A program made the position numbers and the translations under genes. The notes below the pieces were generated by a model. That model saw nothing but the letters and a program-made list of their open reading frames with translations. It had not been told where the DNA came from and did no database searches. From contig NW_005434589.1 of NCBI RefSeq assembly GCF_000315625.1, positions 261,330-325,329 of the forward strand: DNA of 64,000 bases, written 5' to 3'. Below are positions 24,390 to 36,300 of this stretch, piece after piece. The DNA comes from Guillardia theta CCMP2712. Lineage: Eukaryota > Protista > Cryptophyta. The stretch's first letter is position 1, and each line of letters starts with the position of its first letter.

Positions 24390-27300
24390 ATGAGGGAAGC
24401 CATGCTCGTGCAGCCGGTGCTGCTGCTCGCCCTCCTCCTGCCCTCCCTCCCATCGTCCCATGCAGATCTTTACTTGGAAGCTTCTCCAGGACGAGCAGTG
24501 GGGGGCACCATGATAGTTCCGAGGACTTCCCTCCGGATCTTGTTGGGAGGGACATACAACACCAATCAAGTCCCTGCAAGTGGAGACAAGTTGTACATGA
24601 TCAGCTCTGCCGGCAGCTGCACCTCTGCCTTGGCCACAATCTCAGCGAGCGCGTTGACCAACGCAACAGTAGGCGACCTGCGAAGTGCTGTTATGGATTT
24701 CACCAAACTTTCACCAGCTATCAACAAGATGTGCATCTGCCCAGCCTCTTCGAAAACGGGAGCCTGCTTTCTTGGTGGGAACATGGAAGTTCAAGATAAT
24801 CTGATAGGAATTCAACTGGATGATGTGATTGGATACAATTTGACGATTCCGCAGCAGATCTGTAATTTTTCAGATTGTACCAAGCAGATAAAAGCAAAAC
24901 TCTCCACATACAACCGAAAATCACAGGCACTGGGAGATATAGCTGCAATTCTACCAGAGAAAACATGCTCAAGTATTACAAGCAAAGCTTCAACTTCGTC
25001 TCAAGCTGTACTAGTGTCTGGTCTGAATTACATCTATCCTTCACAAGCGCTCAACAGTATGACAAGTGGAATGTACAAGATCTGCTATAATCTGTTTGCT
25101 GGGTCAACCAACTGGTTGGAATCTGGGGTCTTCGTCAACTTGCAATCAAAGGTTGCTCACATCGAAGCGAACGGAATCCCCGCGATCAGTATTTATGTCC
25201 CACAAGCTTTGAATCAACTGATTAGGGTGTGTACCAATTGGAATTGTACCTCAACCCTTGGGGCTGGAGATCAAGTTTCCTTCATCCCTGTCGCTCAAAT
25301 GTGTGAATCCTCAACGAACCCAGCTTCTCCAACGCAAGGATACTCGGGTTTCCTCTCTCCAGCATCCTCTGGATTTCTTGGTCCGCAGTCTGCCGTAGAC
25401 AGTATCTTGAAGTCAGGTGGGTTTCTACCGCCAGCTACCTACCAGCTCTGCTTCAAAAAAGCGGGGAGCAGCTTTTGGTCATCGACAGGAACATACCTGA
25501 CGGTACAGAAACTGATCTTCGGTCTTGAAGTCAACGGGCTGAGCCCTCTGAATGGGCTGAAGGTCACGATTCCGAAGACAAGCAAGATTGTGCTGAAGTA
25601 TCTGAGTGTGAATGATGGGAGTCCTGGCGACTCCGTTGCCTTGATTGAGGTCTGGAAAAGCTGCAGCGACCTCTGCCAAACGCAGAAGATCAAGGAGTGC
25701 GACCCAAGCGTGCCGGATCAGTTCGCCGCCTCCAACTTCTTGAGCGCTCACGGGAATGACAAAGTGCTCGGGTCAACCACCTGCCTCGGTTCGTTTGAGA
25801 ATTCCTGCAGCCCGTCCACGGAACGGCGGCTGGTCAATCTCTCCTTCACCCCGAGAGGAAGCTATCAGGTGTGCTTCAGGCCTGCTGCTGCGTGCTCCTA
25901 CTTCGAGTGCTGGCCTGTCTGGAGCCCTACGGGAGTATCTGTGCAGATACAAGACTCCATTACCAGCATCGAGCTCAACGGAGCCATAGGAGGGAACAAC
26001 AACCTAGGAGATGGCCAGAGGATCAGGCTGCCACCTTTCGACTTCCACAGCCTCGTGTACTATGGGGCCACAGCGAAAATCTCTATCGGGCTGATGAGAG
26101 CAAATGAGGACTGCACCCAAGCAAGCATCAGCCTGCAGCTGACTTTCTCAGGTCCTGGACAGCCCGCAAATGTGACGGAGACCCGTCGAATCTTCGGGAC
26201 GAGCGGCAGCCTCGTCCCAGCCACTTACACTGTGTGCTATACCTCGGCATCTCAATCCGCTGCCGGTTTCATGAACTCAGGGATTTCTTTGACTCTGCAG
26301 ACTGAGATTGCTGGACTGCAGGTAAGCCAGCCGTTACCGGCTCTCCTCCTCCCCTGCTGATCCATTTGACAGGTCAACGGGATCAGACCCAACGCTGGGA
26401 TCATCACAGCCATCCCGACGGACCCCAAGGTCACCCTCGTTTCCTTTGGGCCTCGAGCTCCGGTGCTGGGAGATGAAATCTCCCTCCTCCCCCCCCGGCT
26501 GGACTGCGAGAACCCCTCGCACATCCCAGCGTCTTTTGACGGGATCACTTCAGGTCGGCTCAGTTTGGTTTCCCTGTCGTCAGCTTCTGGCCCTGACTCG
26601 CTGACTTTCTCGCCGCTTCTCTTTCTCACTCAGCTGCCGACCTCTACCTACAAGATCTGCTTCCGCCCCAACGGCACGTCGCCGACTAGTGTGGACACAG
26701 GCTTCCGTACGGCTGGACTCCTGACCTCTCCCCAATCAGCGTTGACGGGCCTGTTCGTGAACATGCCTCTCACATACACCCCCAACCAAGAGGGCAGAAA
26801 CCCTGGCCTGCGAACTGTCGTGGCAAAGAACGTTGGGAACCTTATAAGGCTAACTTCGGTCGGCTCAGTCTCCTTTATCCCCCATCAGCTCAACTGCCTT
26901 GACCTCGTCAACGACAACCCCCCGCTCGGCCCCGCCGGTCAGTACCTACACATGAACACGCTCAGCCCTTACCAGACGCTTGACATCAACCTGGTGGACA
27001 ATCTCTTCGGGCCCGTCGGAGTTCTCGGCGTCGGCCTCTATCAAGTTTGCTTCAAGCCGTCGGGCGCCTTGACGTTCATGACGACGGGGATAGCCGTCAA
27101 GGTGCAGGAGGACGTGATTCAGCTCACCGTCAACGACTGCACTCCCAACAACGGCCTGCGAGTCGCCATGCCCAAGTCATCTCAGAACATCTTGAGGATC
27201 CTGTCTGGAAATCAGCTGACGGGGAGCACCAGCGACAAGATCTCCCTCATCTTGCTGAGCGGTGACTGCACCTTGAGGGACGACAACCCGCCAGCCTTGG

Positions 27301-30300
27301 GCTCGAAGTTCTCAGGTCACATCAGCGCCGTCGACAACCTCTTCTCGTTTGTCGATCTCTCAGGTGTGCCGAGCATGAGCACGGGTTTCTATCAGATCTG
27401 CTTCAAGTCGAATACCTCCTCCTCCTTCGTCAGCACCGGGATCGTGATTGAAATCCAGCAGGAGATCTTCTCCCTGGTGGTCAACGAGGTCTCTGCTTTG
27501 TCTTCCTCTGCCCTCAAGGAGCGAGGGAATCTCCTTGGCTACTGCCTTGACTCCTCTTGCTCCACCCCCGGCAGGATCGGAGACGCCGTCACGTTCATTG
27601 GCAACTGGTTCTCTTGCGAGGACGAGGTGGCCGTGAACTCGCTCCTCGCTCTCAGCGCCAAGACAACCGACAGGACCTTCCCCACGGACTCTTCCTCCTC
27701 CTCCGTCGTCATCGACACCTTCTTGAGTGCTGAGGGGCTGCTGGACTACGAAGTCTATCAGATCTGCTTCCGCAAAGCCGGAAGCAGCACATGGAGGAGC
27801 ACGGGACTGTCGCTGCGAGTTCACGATGACGTGCTGGGGGTGGTTGTCAACGACGTGATGCCTCGTTATGGCCTCAGGGCGGCTGCTCCCAGGAGCGAGG
27901 GCGCAAAGTTCAGCTACTACAGGAGCAGGATCGGAGAGCCGGGAGAGACGCTCTCCATGATCCCCGCAACCCTCAGCTGCTCGAACCCCAACAACAACCC
28001 AGCAGGGGCAAGCGCGAACTCCACCGGCCACCTCATCTTCCAGGACACGAGCAGGACGGTGCTCCTCCCCTCCCAGCTCGCCATCATGCTGCCCGGGCTC
28101 TACCAGGTTTGCTACAGGGGAAGGACGGACAAGTTCTTCTCCTCCACGGGGATTTCTTGCCGTCTGCAGGACACCCTTACGTACATCAAGGTGAACAGCC
28201 AGCCTCGCGCTCAGTCTGCCGTCCTGCTCAAGTCCGACGGAGTCGCCATGGCGTTCGAGGGCAGCGCTCAGCTGCAGAAGGCAACCAAGGCCTCGCTGAT
28301 CATGAGCAGGGCTGACTGCACGGACACTGCCGTTGCAAACAACGCGCTCGCCGGCCCCTCCCGCTCAGGACACTCGTTGTTCCTGCTCGCTCCAGGTTTC
28401 AACTCCTTCATTGCCATGGACACATCGATCCTGAAGTCCAGCAACTTCCTCGTCCCCCTCACGTACCAGCTCTGCCTCTTCATCCCTCCTCCCACCAGCC
28501 CAACCGATCAGGGTTGGATCTCCACCGGCATCTCCCTGACCATCCAGAATGTCTGCCCAGCTACGAGCGCAGCTGGGAGCTTCGGATTCCTCGCGGCGTT
28601 CGAGAGCAGCAAGATGCCGTCGCAGAGCAACATCATCAACTTCCTTTTCCGCTTCCCCAGTCGTCCTCCCTCCGGCATCCTCACCATCTCAGGTCTTACC
28701 GGGACGCAGACGGAGGACACGGCGAGCCTGCTGATCTACGGCAACACAGTGGTGGACGAGGAGCACGTGCTCTCCTGCAGGAGCAACACCACCTGCTCTA
28801 CAAGGCTCAGCGGCTTCCTGGCTAATGGAGAGCAGATCCTTGACGTCCTTCTCCGAGTCGACGTAGCATGCAGCGACTTTGACAGCTGCGGGGAGGGACT
28901 CCAGTCGCTCAGCGTCAACGGCAACAGCCTCGCGCAGCTCCTCAGCCCCGGGCCCTTCGCCTCTTGCAGCAACGCCTGCGGTACCTTCGTTACGATGCTG
29001 CAAGAGACTTCTATCTCCTCTTTTACAGGAAGGCTCGGAAAAGAGATAGTCGTGCAGGTTCTCCTCCTCCTGCCTCCCCCTCCCCTCTGACATGTGGCAG
29101 GCGGGCGTGACCTCTCAAGTGAACGCAGGGACGTGCGGCGGCTTCTTGCTTGACGCCAAGATTCTCATCAAGGTCAGGAAAAGCCTCTTGTCGACCCACT
29201 CGGTCTTGGTAAGAGTACTGCCTTGCCAAGCTGCTTTCTTGCTGACCAGCCTGTGGGTGCAGGGAGCCTGGTCCCAGCTAGCAGGCGAGCTCACGATCCC
29301 ATCCATCCCCTACGACTCTGGAGACTGGCAGCACATCTCCTTTGCCCTCATCAACCCCTCCTCCTCCCAGCCTTCCAAGTACCCCTCTGTCTCCTTCTGC
29401 TCCTCCTCCTCCTCCTCCTCCTCCAGCTTGTATGTCCCTGCCACCGCTGCCAGCTCAGTGTTCGGAGGGGACGGGGTGCTGAGCGCGTCGCTCCCTCTTG
29501 ATTGGGTTCATGTCGAGCTAAAGGCCAGCAACGACAGGCTCAGTACGGGATATCGATACACGTTGCAGCTGCTGTCAAACATCCCCGTCACTTTCCCCGA
29601 GTATGCCGCTATCACTGTGACAGGAATCACCAATACATTGGTGAGTGAAGTTGGAACGCGTTGAGATGTTTTCGCTGGCGCATAGATGGCAGCCATCAGT
29701 AGAAGCGGAAGGGCAGGGGAGGAGGGAGAGGGGGAGGAGGTAGTGAGGATGAATGAGAGGGAACAGCAATCATCTTGAAGGATGAGGACGATAGAGGGAA
29801 AGGAATGGCAAGCGAAGTGAGTTTGACTTTTCCCGCAGACCAACGACAACTCAAGGTTCGGTCTGCTGCTGGGTAACTTTCGGCTCACAAACGAGGTCAC
29901 TTGCCAAGGAAGTGACCTTTGCTCGGCCATGGTCAACGTGTCTAAGATGTTAGACTCCGTGTCGTCATTGTCGCTACACCGAACGACCCTCGACGTAAGG
30001 GCGACGATGCTGCTGCCCTTGTACTGACCCTGCCCACCAGGTGTCCGTCTTCTGCATCGACTTCGGAGCAAGCAAGAAGTTCATCTCCTCTATCATCATC
30101 TGCCAGTGGAGAGAAGGAGGCTCCCGTTGCCAGGATGGGACGATGGTCCCTAGCACTCGCTACAGCGCTGGGCCATGGCAGGGTTGCGGTCCGTGCAGCC
30201 TCGACAAGAGAACAGTCCTACGAAACTTCGACTTGCAGGACCTCGTGGGGCTTTACGGCAATGTAATGCGATAAGGAAGAGTGCGGGGAAGGGGAATGAG

Positions 30301-33300
30301 GAAGAAGAGAGAGGAAAGGGGGGGGAAATGGAAAGGGGAAGAGTAGAAGGAGGAGAGGGGAGGAGTGAAGAGGGGAGGGAGGGGAAGGAGGAGGAGGAAG
30401 AGAGCGAATGGAGAAGAGGAGGAGAAGAGGAAAGGAGTGAAGAGGAGGTGGAGGTGGAGGAGGAGATTGTAATATTCTCGATGGTTCTCACGGTGCCTTC
30501 AGGTTTTGCAGGTCGAGCTGGTCCCGAGCCCGGACGTGAGCAAGCTGGGATGCTCCTTCGGGGAGATGGCGATTCGAGCAGTCATCTCCTTAAGCGTCGA
30601 GCTCTCGCAAGGGATCGGCAGCTGGAACTGGAGGAGGGGGCAGCTGAAGTTCCGCCCCCCCGACGGCATCGCCACATGCTCGACCCCCTCCAAGGACGAC
30701 GTCTGCCTCCCCCGCATCCAGGTACAGTTCGACCTCAAGAACCCCACGACCGGCAACCAAGTCCTCTACCCGAGTATCATCGCGCGGGGAGGTGGCTTCC
30801 GCTTCCAAACCTACACGCCAGCGATCGGCATCGACGTGCTGGCGCAGACGAACCTCTACTTCTACGCGACCGCTACGGAGAGCAACCCCGTGCTAGGGAG
30901 CTCTCAGGTGGGAAACGGAATCAACTCCATCTCTCTCTCGTTCCAGACGAACATCAGCATCCCCTCCGGCACCCTAATCACCCTCTCTGGCCTTCTTGAC
31001 ATGGCGACCCCTCCCGCCCTCTGCTCTCCCCAGCTTGCTCCTCCTACCTGCGACACCGGCACTTCCTGCATCTTCGAATCGTCCTCAGCCGTCTGCCGAC
31101 GAGGCGTCCCGATCTTGGGCACTGACCTCCCTCCCTCCTTCTCGGGCTCGTGGGATCAGAACGCTGGTACACTCATCTTCGCCGTCCTCCCATCGTTCCA
31201 GCAAGTCTACGGGCTGGACCTGAGCTTCTCCCTCCGCAACTCGCTCAGACCGAGGACGAGCGCACCCCAGCTGTTTCTCGAGGCGGCGCATCCAAGCGGG
31301 AGCTTCAAGGTGCTTCGGAGCAGAGTGAGGGGGAACGTGACCCTCGGCGAGCTGTTCTTCGCAAACTCCAGCTCGCAGCCCTCGTTCCTGTTCCTGCAGG
31401 GCAGCGAGACCCAGAAGGTCGAGCTGGAGATGAACGAGCTAACGGTCCAGCTGGAGACGAACGTCAGGCTAGCGGCCGGTTGCTGGGTACAGGTCTCCGG
31501 CCTCCGAGATGTCAGAAGGTGGGAGCCGTCGGGGACGAACATGGTGAAGACGGGAGAAATTATCGAGTCCAACATCAACGTCGTCGGCGAGGGCGTCTCG
31601 GCTCAAGGTTTCTTCTGGAAGGCTGCCGATGACTTGCAGTGGATGTGCGCGCGTTCCAACAGAACCAACCTGGTGCGGTTCGGCTCTGTGGTGGACCAGC
31701 AGTGGTGCAGGAGGCCGAGTGCAGACTCAGTCTACGTCTCCCTCAGCCGCTGCTTCGATGCCGGGCATCGAATCTCCTTCACCTTCCAGGTCCAGAACCT
31801 GAACGTGATCTCTCTCCCCCCACAGCCCCTCCTCATCTCTGTTCTTGGGGAAGGCGTCTCGGTAGCACAGCAGCGGCTCCCCCCGGCTCCTGTCACCAGC
31901 GTCATCATCACAGAGTGCACCGGCCAGTCTTCCTGCATTACATCCATCTTGCAAGACCCGACGTGTTATCGCACGGTGACCCCCCCCCCTCAACATATTG
32001 ATCGCTTGCGATTTAAGATGCACTGCACTGTTTCCACACATTGTATGGTCGGCCTCGGCTATGTATCTTCCCTGACTATAACCCTGGCCCGTTAACACGA
32101 TGGTACCCGAAAATTTCTCTTGATTAAATACATTCCATNNNNNNNNNNNNNNNNNNNNNNNNNNNNNNNNNNNNNNNNNNNNNNNNNNNNNNNNNNNNNN
32201 NNNNNNNNNNNNNNNNNNNNNNNNNNNNNNNNNNNNNNAAAAAAAAAAAAAAACATAGAAAAAATATAAAAAATATAACATATAAACATTTTTTATATAC
32301 ACCAACACAGGGTTTTCCCCCGGGGGCCCCCCCCCCCCCCCCCCCCCCCTCCTCTCTCTCTCTCCCCCTCTCTCTCTCCCTCTCTCTCCCTCCCTCCCTC
32401 CCTCCCTCCCTCCCTTCCTCCCTCCCTCCCTCCCTCTCTATCTCTCTCTCTCTCTCTGTCTCTCGCTGTCTCCTCCTTCCCGCCTCTCATGTCTCTGCAG
32501 GACTGTCGCTTCCTCCCTCCTACAGCTCGGCTCGACGCTGCTCTCCTCTCCCTCGAGGTTCTCTGCACAGACCTTGAGGACGCAGGTAAGTACGTCGAGC
32601 GGGTGGGAGTCTGCAAGGCGGACGATTGCAGCCAGTACGGGGCGGACTATCACTGGGATCAGACCCTTAACCGATGCTGTGACTCTAAGAGGATCTGTAA
32701 GGACTACCAGTGCTCGGGCACCCTCAGTAGCTGGACTTCAGGTCCGTGGTCGGGCTGCTCCAACAACTGCACGCGCCGGAGGACTGTGCTGCAGTCAGTC
32801 AACATCCTGCCCATCCTCTGCGACGGCAGCGGTCCATGCATGAGCCCTTCCTCCTTCGTCGTCGTCCTCTCGTTGTCAGCTCTAGTTCAGCAGGCTCGTT
32901 GCTCCCGCAACGTGCTGGATGCGTTGGTGAACCTGGAGCTCAAGTACTCCTACGACTCTCTAGCGTTCGCCACCGAGATTGCGAGGATCCAGCTGTTTGA
33001 CTTGCAGGAGAGCACCAACGTGTCGCAGTCGGAGAATCTTCTCCAAGGGCTCCTCCAGCTGAGCGGGAGGGTGTCTAAGGGAAATGAGCTGAGAATCACT
33101 GGACTACTGGGCAGCCAGACGGAGGACGCGAAGAACATCTCGATCCACAGCCTCAAGTGCAGCATAGACGCTAGGAAGCAGCGAACCTGCCAGGAGGCGG
33201 CCGTCGGAGTCTTCCAACCGAGAGGGGAGTGGGAGAGGGCAACTGGGACCATGAGGCTGGTGTTCGATGCCGACGTGCCAGCCATGAGCATCTTCGGGTT

Positions 33301-36300
33301 TCGATTCAGAATCCTCAATGCTGCCGTGTCTCAGCCTGCCGTCTTCCCAACGGCTACCGTCAGGTCCTCGACCTCCCAGGACGCCGTCTCCTCTCAGGTG
33401 GGAGTTCTCTCCTCTGCCGCCCCGCCCAAGATACAAGAGGCCCTCTTCTCGCAAGACAACCTGATCCTGGAGGGGCTCGTGCGAGTTCAGCTCATCCTCC
33501 GCTGCAACTTCGAGATGTCGCAAGGCACCGTCGTCTCCATGATCGGGCTCCTCAACAGCAGGACGTCAGACTCTGACTCCCTCCAGGTCAACTTGACCTC
33601 GGAGACCCGCAGTGCACGGTGGAAGCAGAGCACGGGGACGGTGACTTTGACTCTGTCTCGTCCTGTAGAGAGTGGCTCCCAGTCGCTCATCTCGTTCTAT
33701 CTCCTTCGCCCCACCCTCAAAGTTGATCCTGCTCCAGTCACAATCGTGATCTTGACACCAGGGTCACGGCTCTCAGTCACACAGCAACTTGGCTTGTTTG
33801 CGTTGGGGAACAACGAGGAGGCAAGCTTCCGGGACCTGCTCGTCTGGGACGAGACGACAGTGGCGGGAGAGAACAACCAGGTCTCCATCGCCTTCTCGCC
33901 CAACTTTAACCTACCCAGGGGATGCGAGCTGATGATCGCAGGACTAACAAGAGGTGCTGCGGACGCGGGGTCCACCTTCCCGGTCACCTTGCAAGCAGAC
34001 TCATCAGCTATGTCGACGACAGCGATATGGCACGCAAGCGATCTTTCCTTCTCCTTGGCTCTCCCGCAAAAGTTCTCCGCCTACCGGAGGCTTGTTCTGT
34101 CCTTCAACCTACAGAATCTCCCAGCACTATCCCCAGCAAGGAAGGTGTTTGTCTCCGGCTACTGCAAGAACGCCCTCAACGTCCCTTGGCTTGAAGCCTC
34201 CGGCCAAGTGCAGAAGGTCGATCAGGCTCCTCTCATCAGCCTCGCGAGTGTGGCCGAGAGCTCTCAGTCAGCCTCCAAGAACTCCACCATCTCTCTACTC
34301 CTCAGGACCAACCTAATACTCCGAGCTCGCTCCACCAACGTGGAGGTCACGGGGCTGGTCAGCTCACCGACTGATCAGACTTCGGTTGAGGTCTGCCTGG
34401 GCAACAGCGAGTCCTGGACGAGTGACGGGACTTGCTCGGTTGTTCCCAGCTCAGCACAGTGGCAGAGGGCTTCCGGAACTTTGCGCATCAGCTTCCAGCA
34501 GGACGTGGCGGCGGACCGTTACCTCCTCGTTACTTTTACCCTACTGAACCCCCCGCAAAATGTACAGAAGAACCTAAAGGTCTCCGTCTATCAGGCTCTT
34601 GCCAGCAGCTTCACCAAAGTCAAGGACGTCGCTGTCTTCGCTCCGACGGGATCAGCCCTGTCGTCGTCACCGTCAGGTGCTGCCTCCTCCTTCTTCATGC
34701 AGCAGTCCTCCTTCATACAGGGAGCGATCAGCAACATGCGCATGCAGTTTCAGTTTTCCTTTCCCATGGGTCCAAACTTGCGCGTGACTGTCTTGGGACT
34801 TATTGGATCGCCAGTGAGGCAGGATGGTCAAGTGCAGCTTGATGGACCTGACGCGGACTTGTTCGGGCGGCGAGCAGTCTGGGACTCGACAAGCTCCTCG
34901 CTGCTGTTTCAAGTTGCAACCTCGGCCTTCAAGCCCTTCAACCAGCTGGTTCAGTTGAGCTTTCTGTTCCGCAACCCTTACTTCTCCACTCCCGGCGGGG
35001 TTGACCCGCGCTTGACCTGCGATCACTTGGCCCAGCCGTATCTCTGCGCATCCTGCAAGCTCTTTAACGTCTCCAGCCAGCCTGTCTGGCGAGAGACCTC
35101 GATCTCCGAGTCCTCGTCGGTCAGGGGCGCCGTTAACACCGTCACCCTCAAACTTGTGGCCTCCGTTCAACTTCCGGCAAACACCGACATAACGGTGGTC
35201 GGCATTTCCTCCGGTCAGCTAGGAAGTCTGTCCAGCGGCGGTTTGAACGCTTCTTCCATCCGCGCGATCTCAGTTGACTCGCAAGGGACCGTTCACGTTC
35301 TCACAAACGCGAGTGTGATGGACTCCGAACCCTTCCAGTTTGACCTGCAAGTTACGAATCCTTCCAAGACAAGCGCCCCCGCGAATCTCACGGTGGGAGC
35401 AGTATACGTCTCTGCCTCCAAGACCTTCAGCATGCCCTTGGCCAGTCTAGTGGGATCGGTCTTGACAGGAAGTGAAGAACCAGCGTTCCTCATCGCTGCT
35501 GTTACTGAGAGCTCGTCCATAGATGGAGCGCAGAACAAGATAGACGTCAGATTGGTCGCCAACATCGGAATCCGGGTTGCGGACAAGATTACCATATCCA
35601 ATCTTGATGTGACCTTCCCGTCCATCTCCGGTACTTCAGTTGGAATCACAAGCTCAGTGCTGGAGGCGGTTGGCCTGTACACCAAGGCGACCAAGTCTCT
35701 TGTCTTGACTCCGAGGTTCACTTTGCCTGCGAAGCAAGAAATCAGGTTCAGCTTCGTGGTCTACAACCCCAAGAGTCCGTTGAGTCCTGTCGAGCTGCTG
35801 GCGTCCACTCCCTCCATCGCAAACTCGGTGTTGAAGGACCCGCTTGCTGTATGGAACGAGGGCTTCCTCAAGTGGAAGGGAGCGCAAGACCCTACCCTAG
35901 CTCGAAGTTCAATTCTCAATGGAGGAGACGTGAGAAGAGCCTGTGCCCTTCTCCTCCCTGACGTTCCAGCAGGTTTACAGCTGGAGTCTGGTCGAGCTGT
36001 CGGAGTCCAGCACGGTGGCTGGGCAGCCAAACACTCTCACGTTCCAGATTCGACCCAACGTGGACGTGGAGGCCGGGTCAGGCATGACGGTACGTCGTTG
36101 AGGTGCAGTGACGGAGAGGTTTGACCTGCCTCGCGACAGATCTCAGGCATCTCAGGTACCGCGACCCCTGACTCGACGTCCCTCAACATCCATGGCCTCA
36201 ACACCGTCGGGACGTGGACCAGGGCGAGCGGGACAGTAACGTTCCGAATCCCCGTGGCTCTGACGCAAAACTCCACCCTGACGATTCAGATTCAGATCCT

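Noticed and set aside
31976-32500. Splitting the giant gene in two at the N gap
   Set aside because: Phase-0 donor and acceptor flank the gap, a Cys-rich module continues across it, and the downstream part has no signal peptide
32720-32800. Thrombospondin-1-like 'WTSGPWSGCSNNC..RRRTV' as a separate TSP1 domain
   Set aside because: The same GPW/F-x-x-C..C..TVL segment occurs in other nested modules without TSP1 spacing; treated as part of that module, though distant similarity is not excluded
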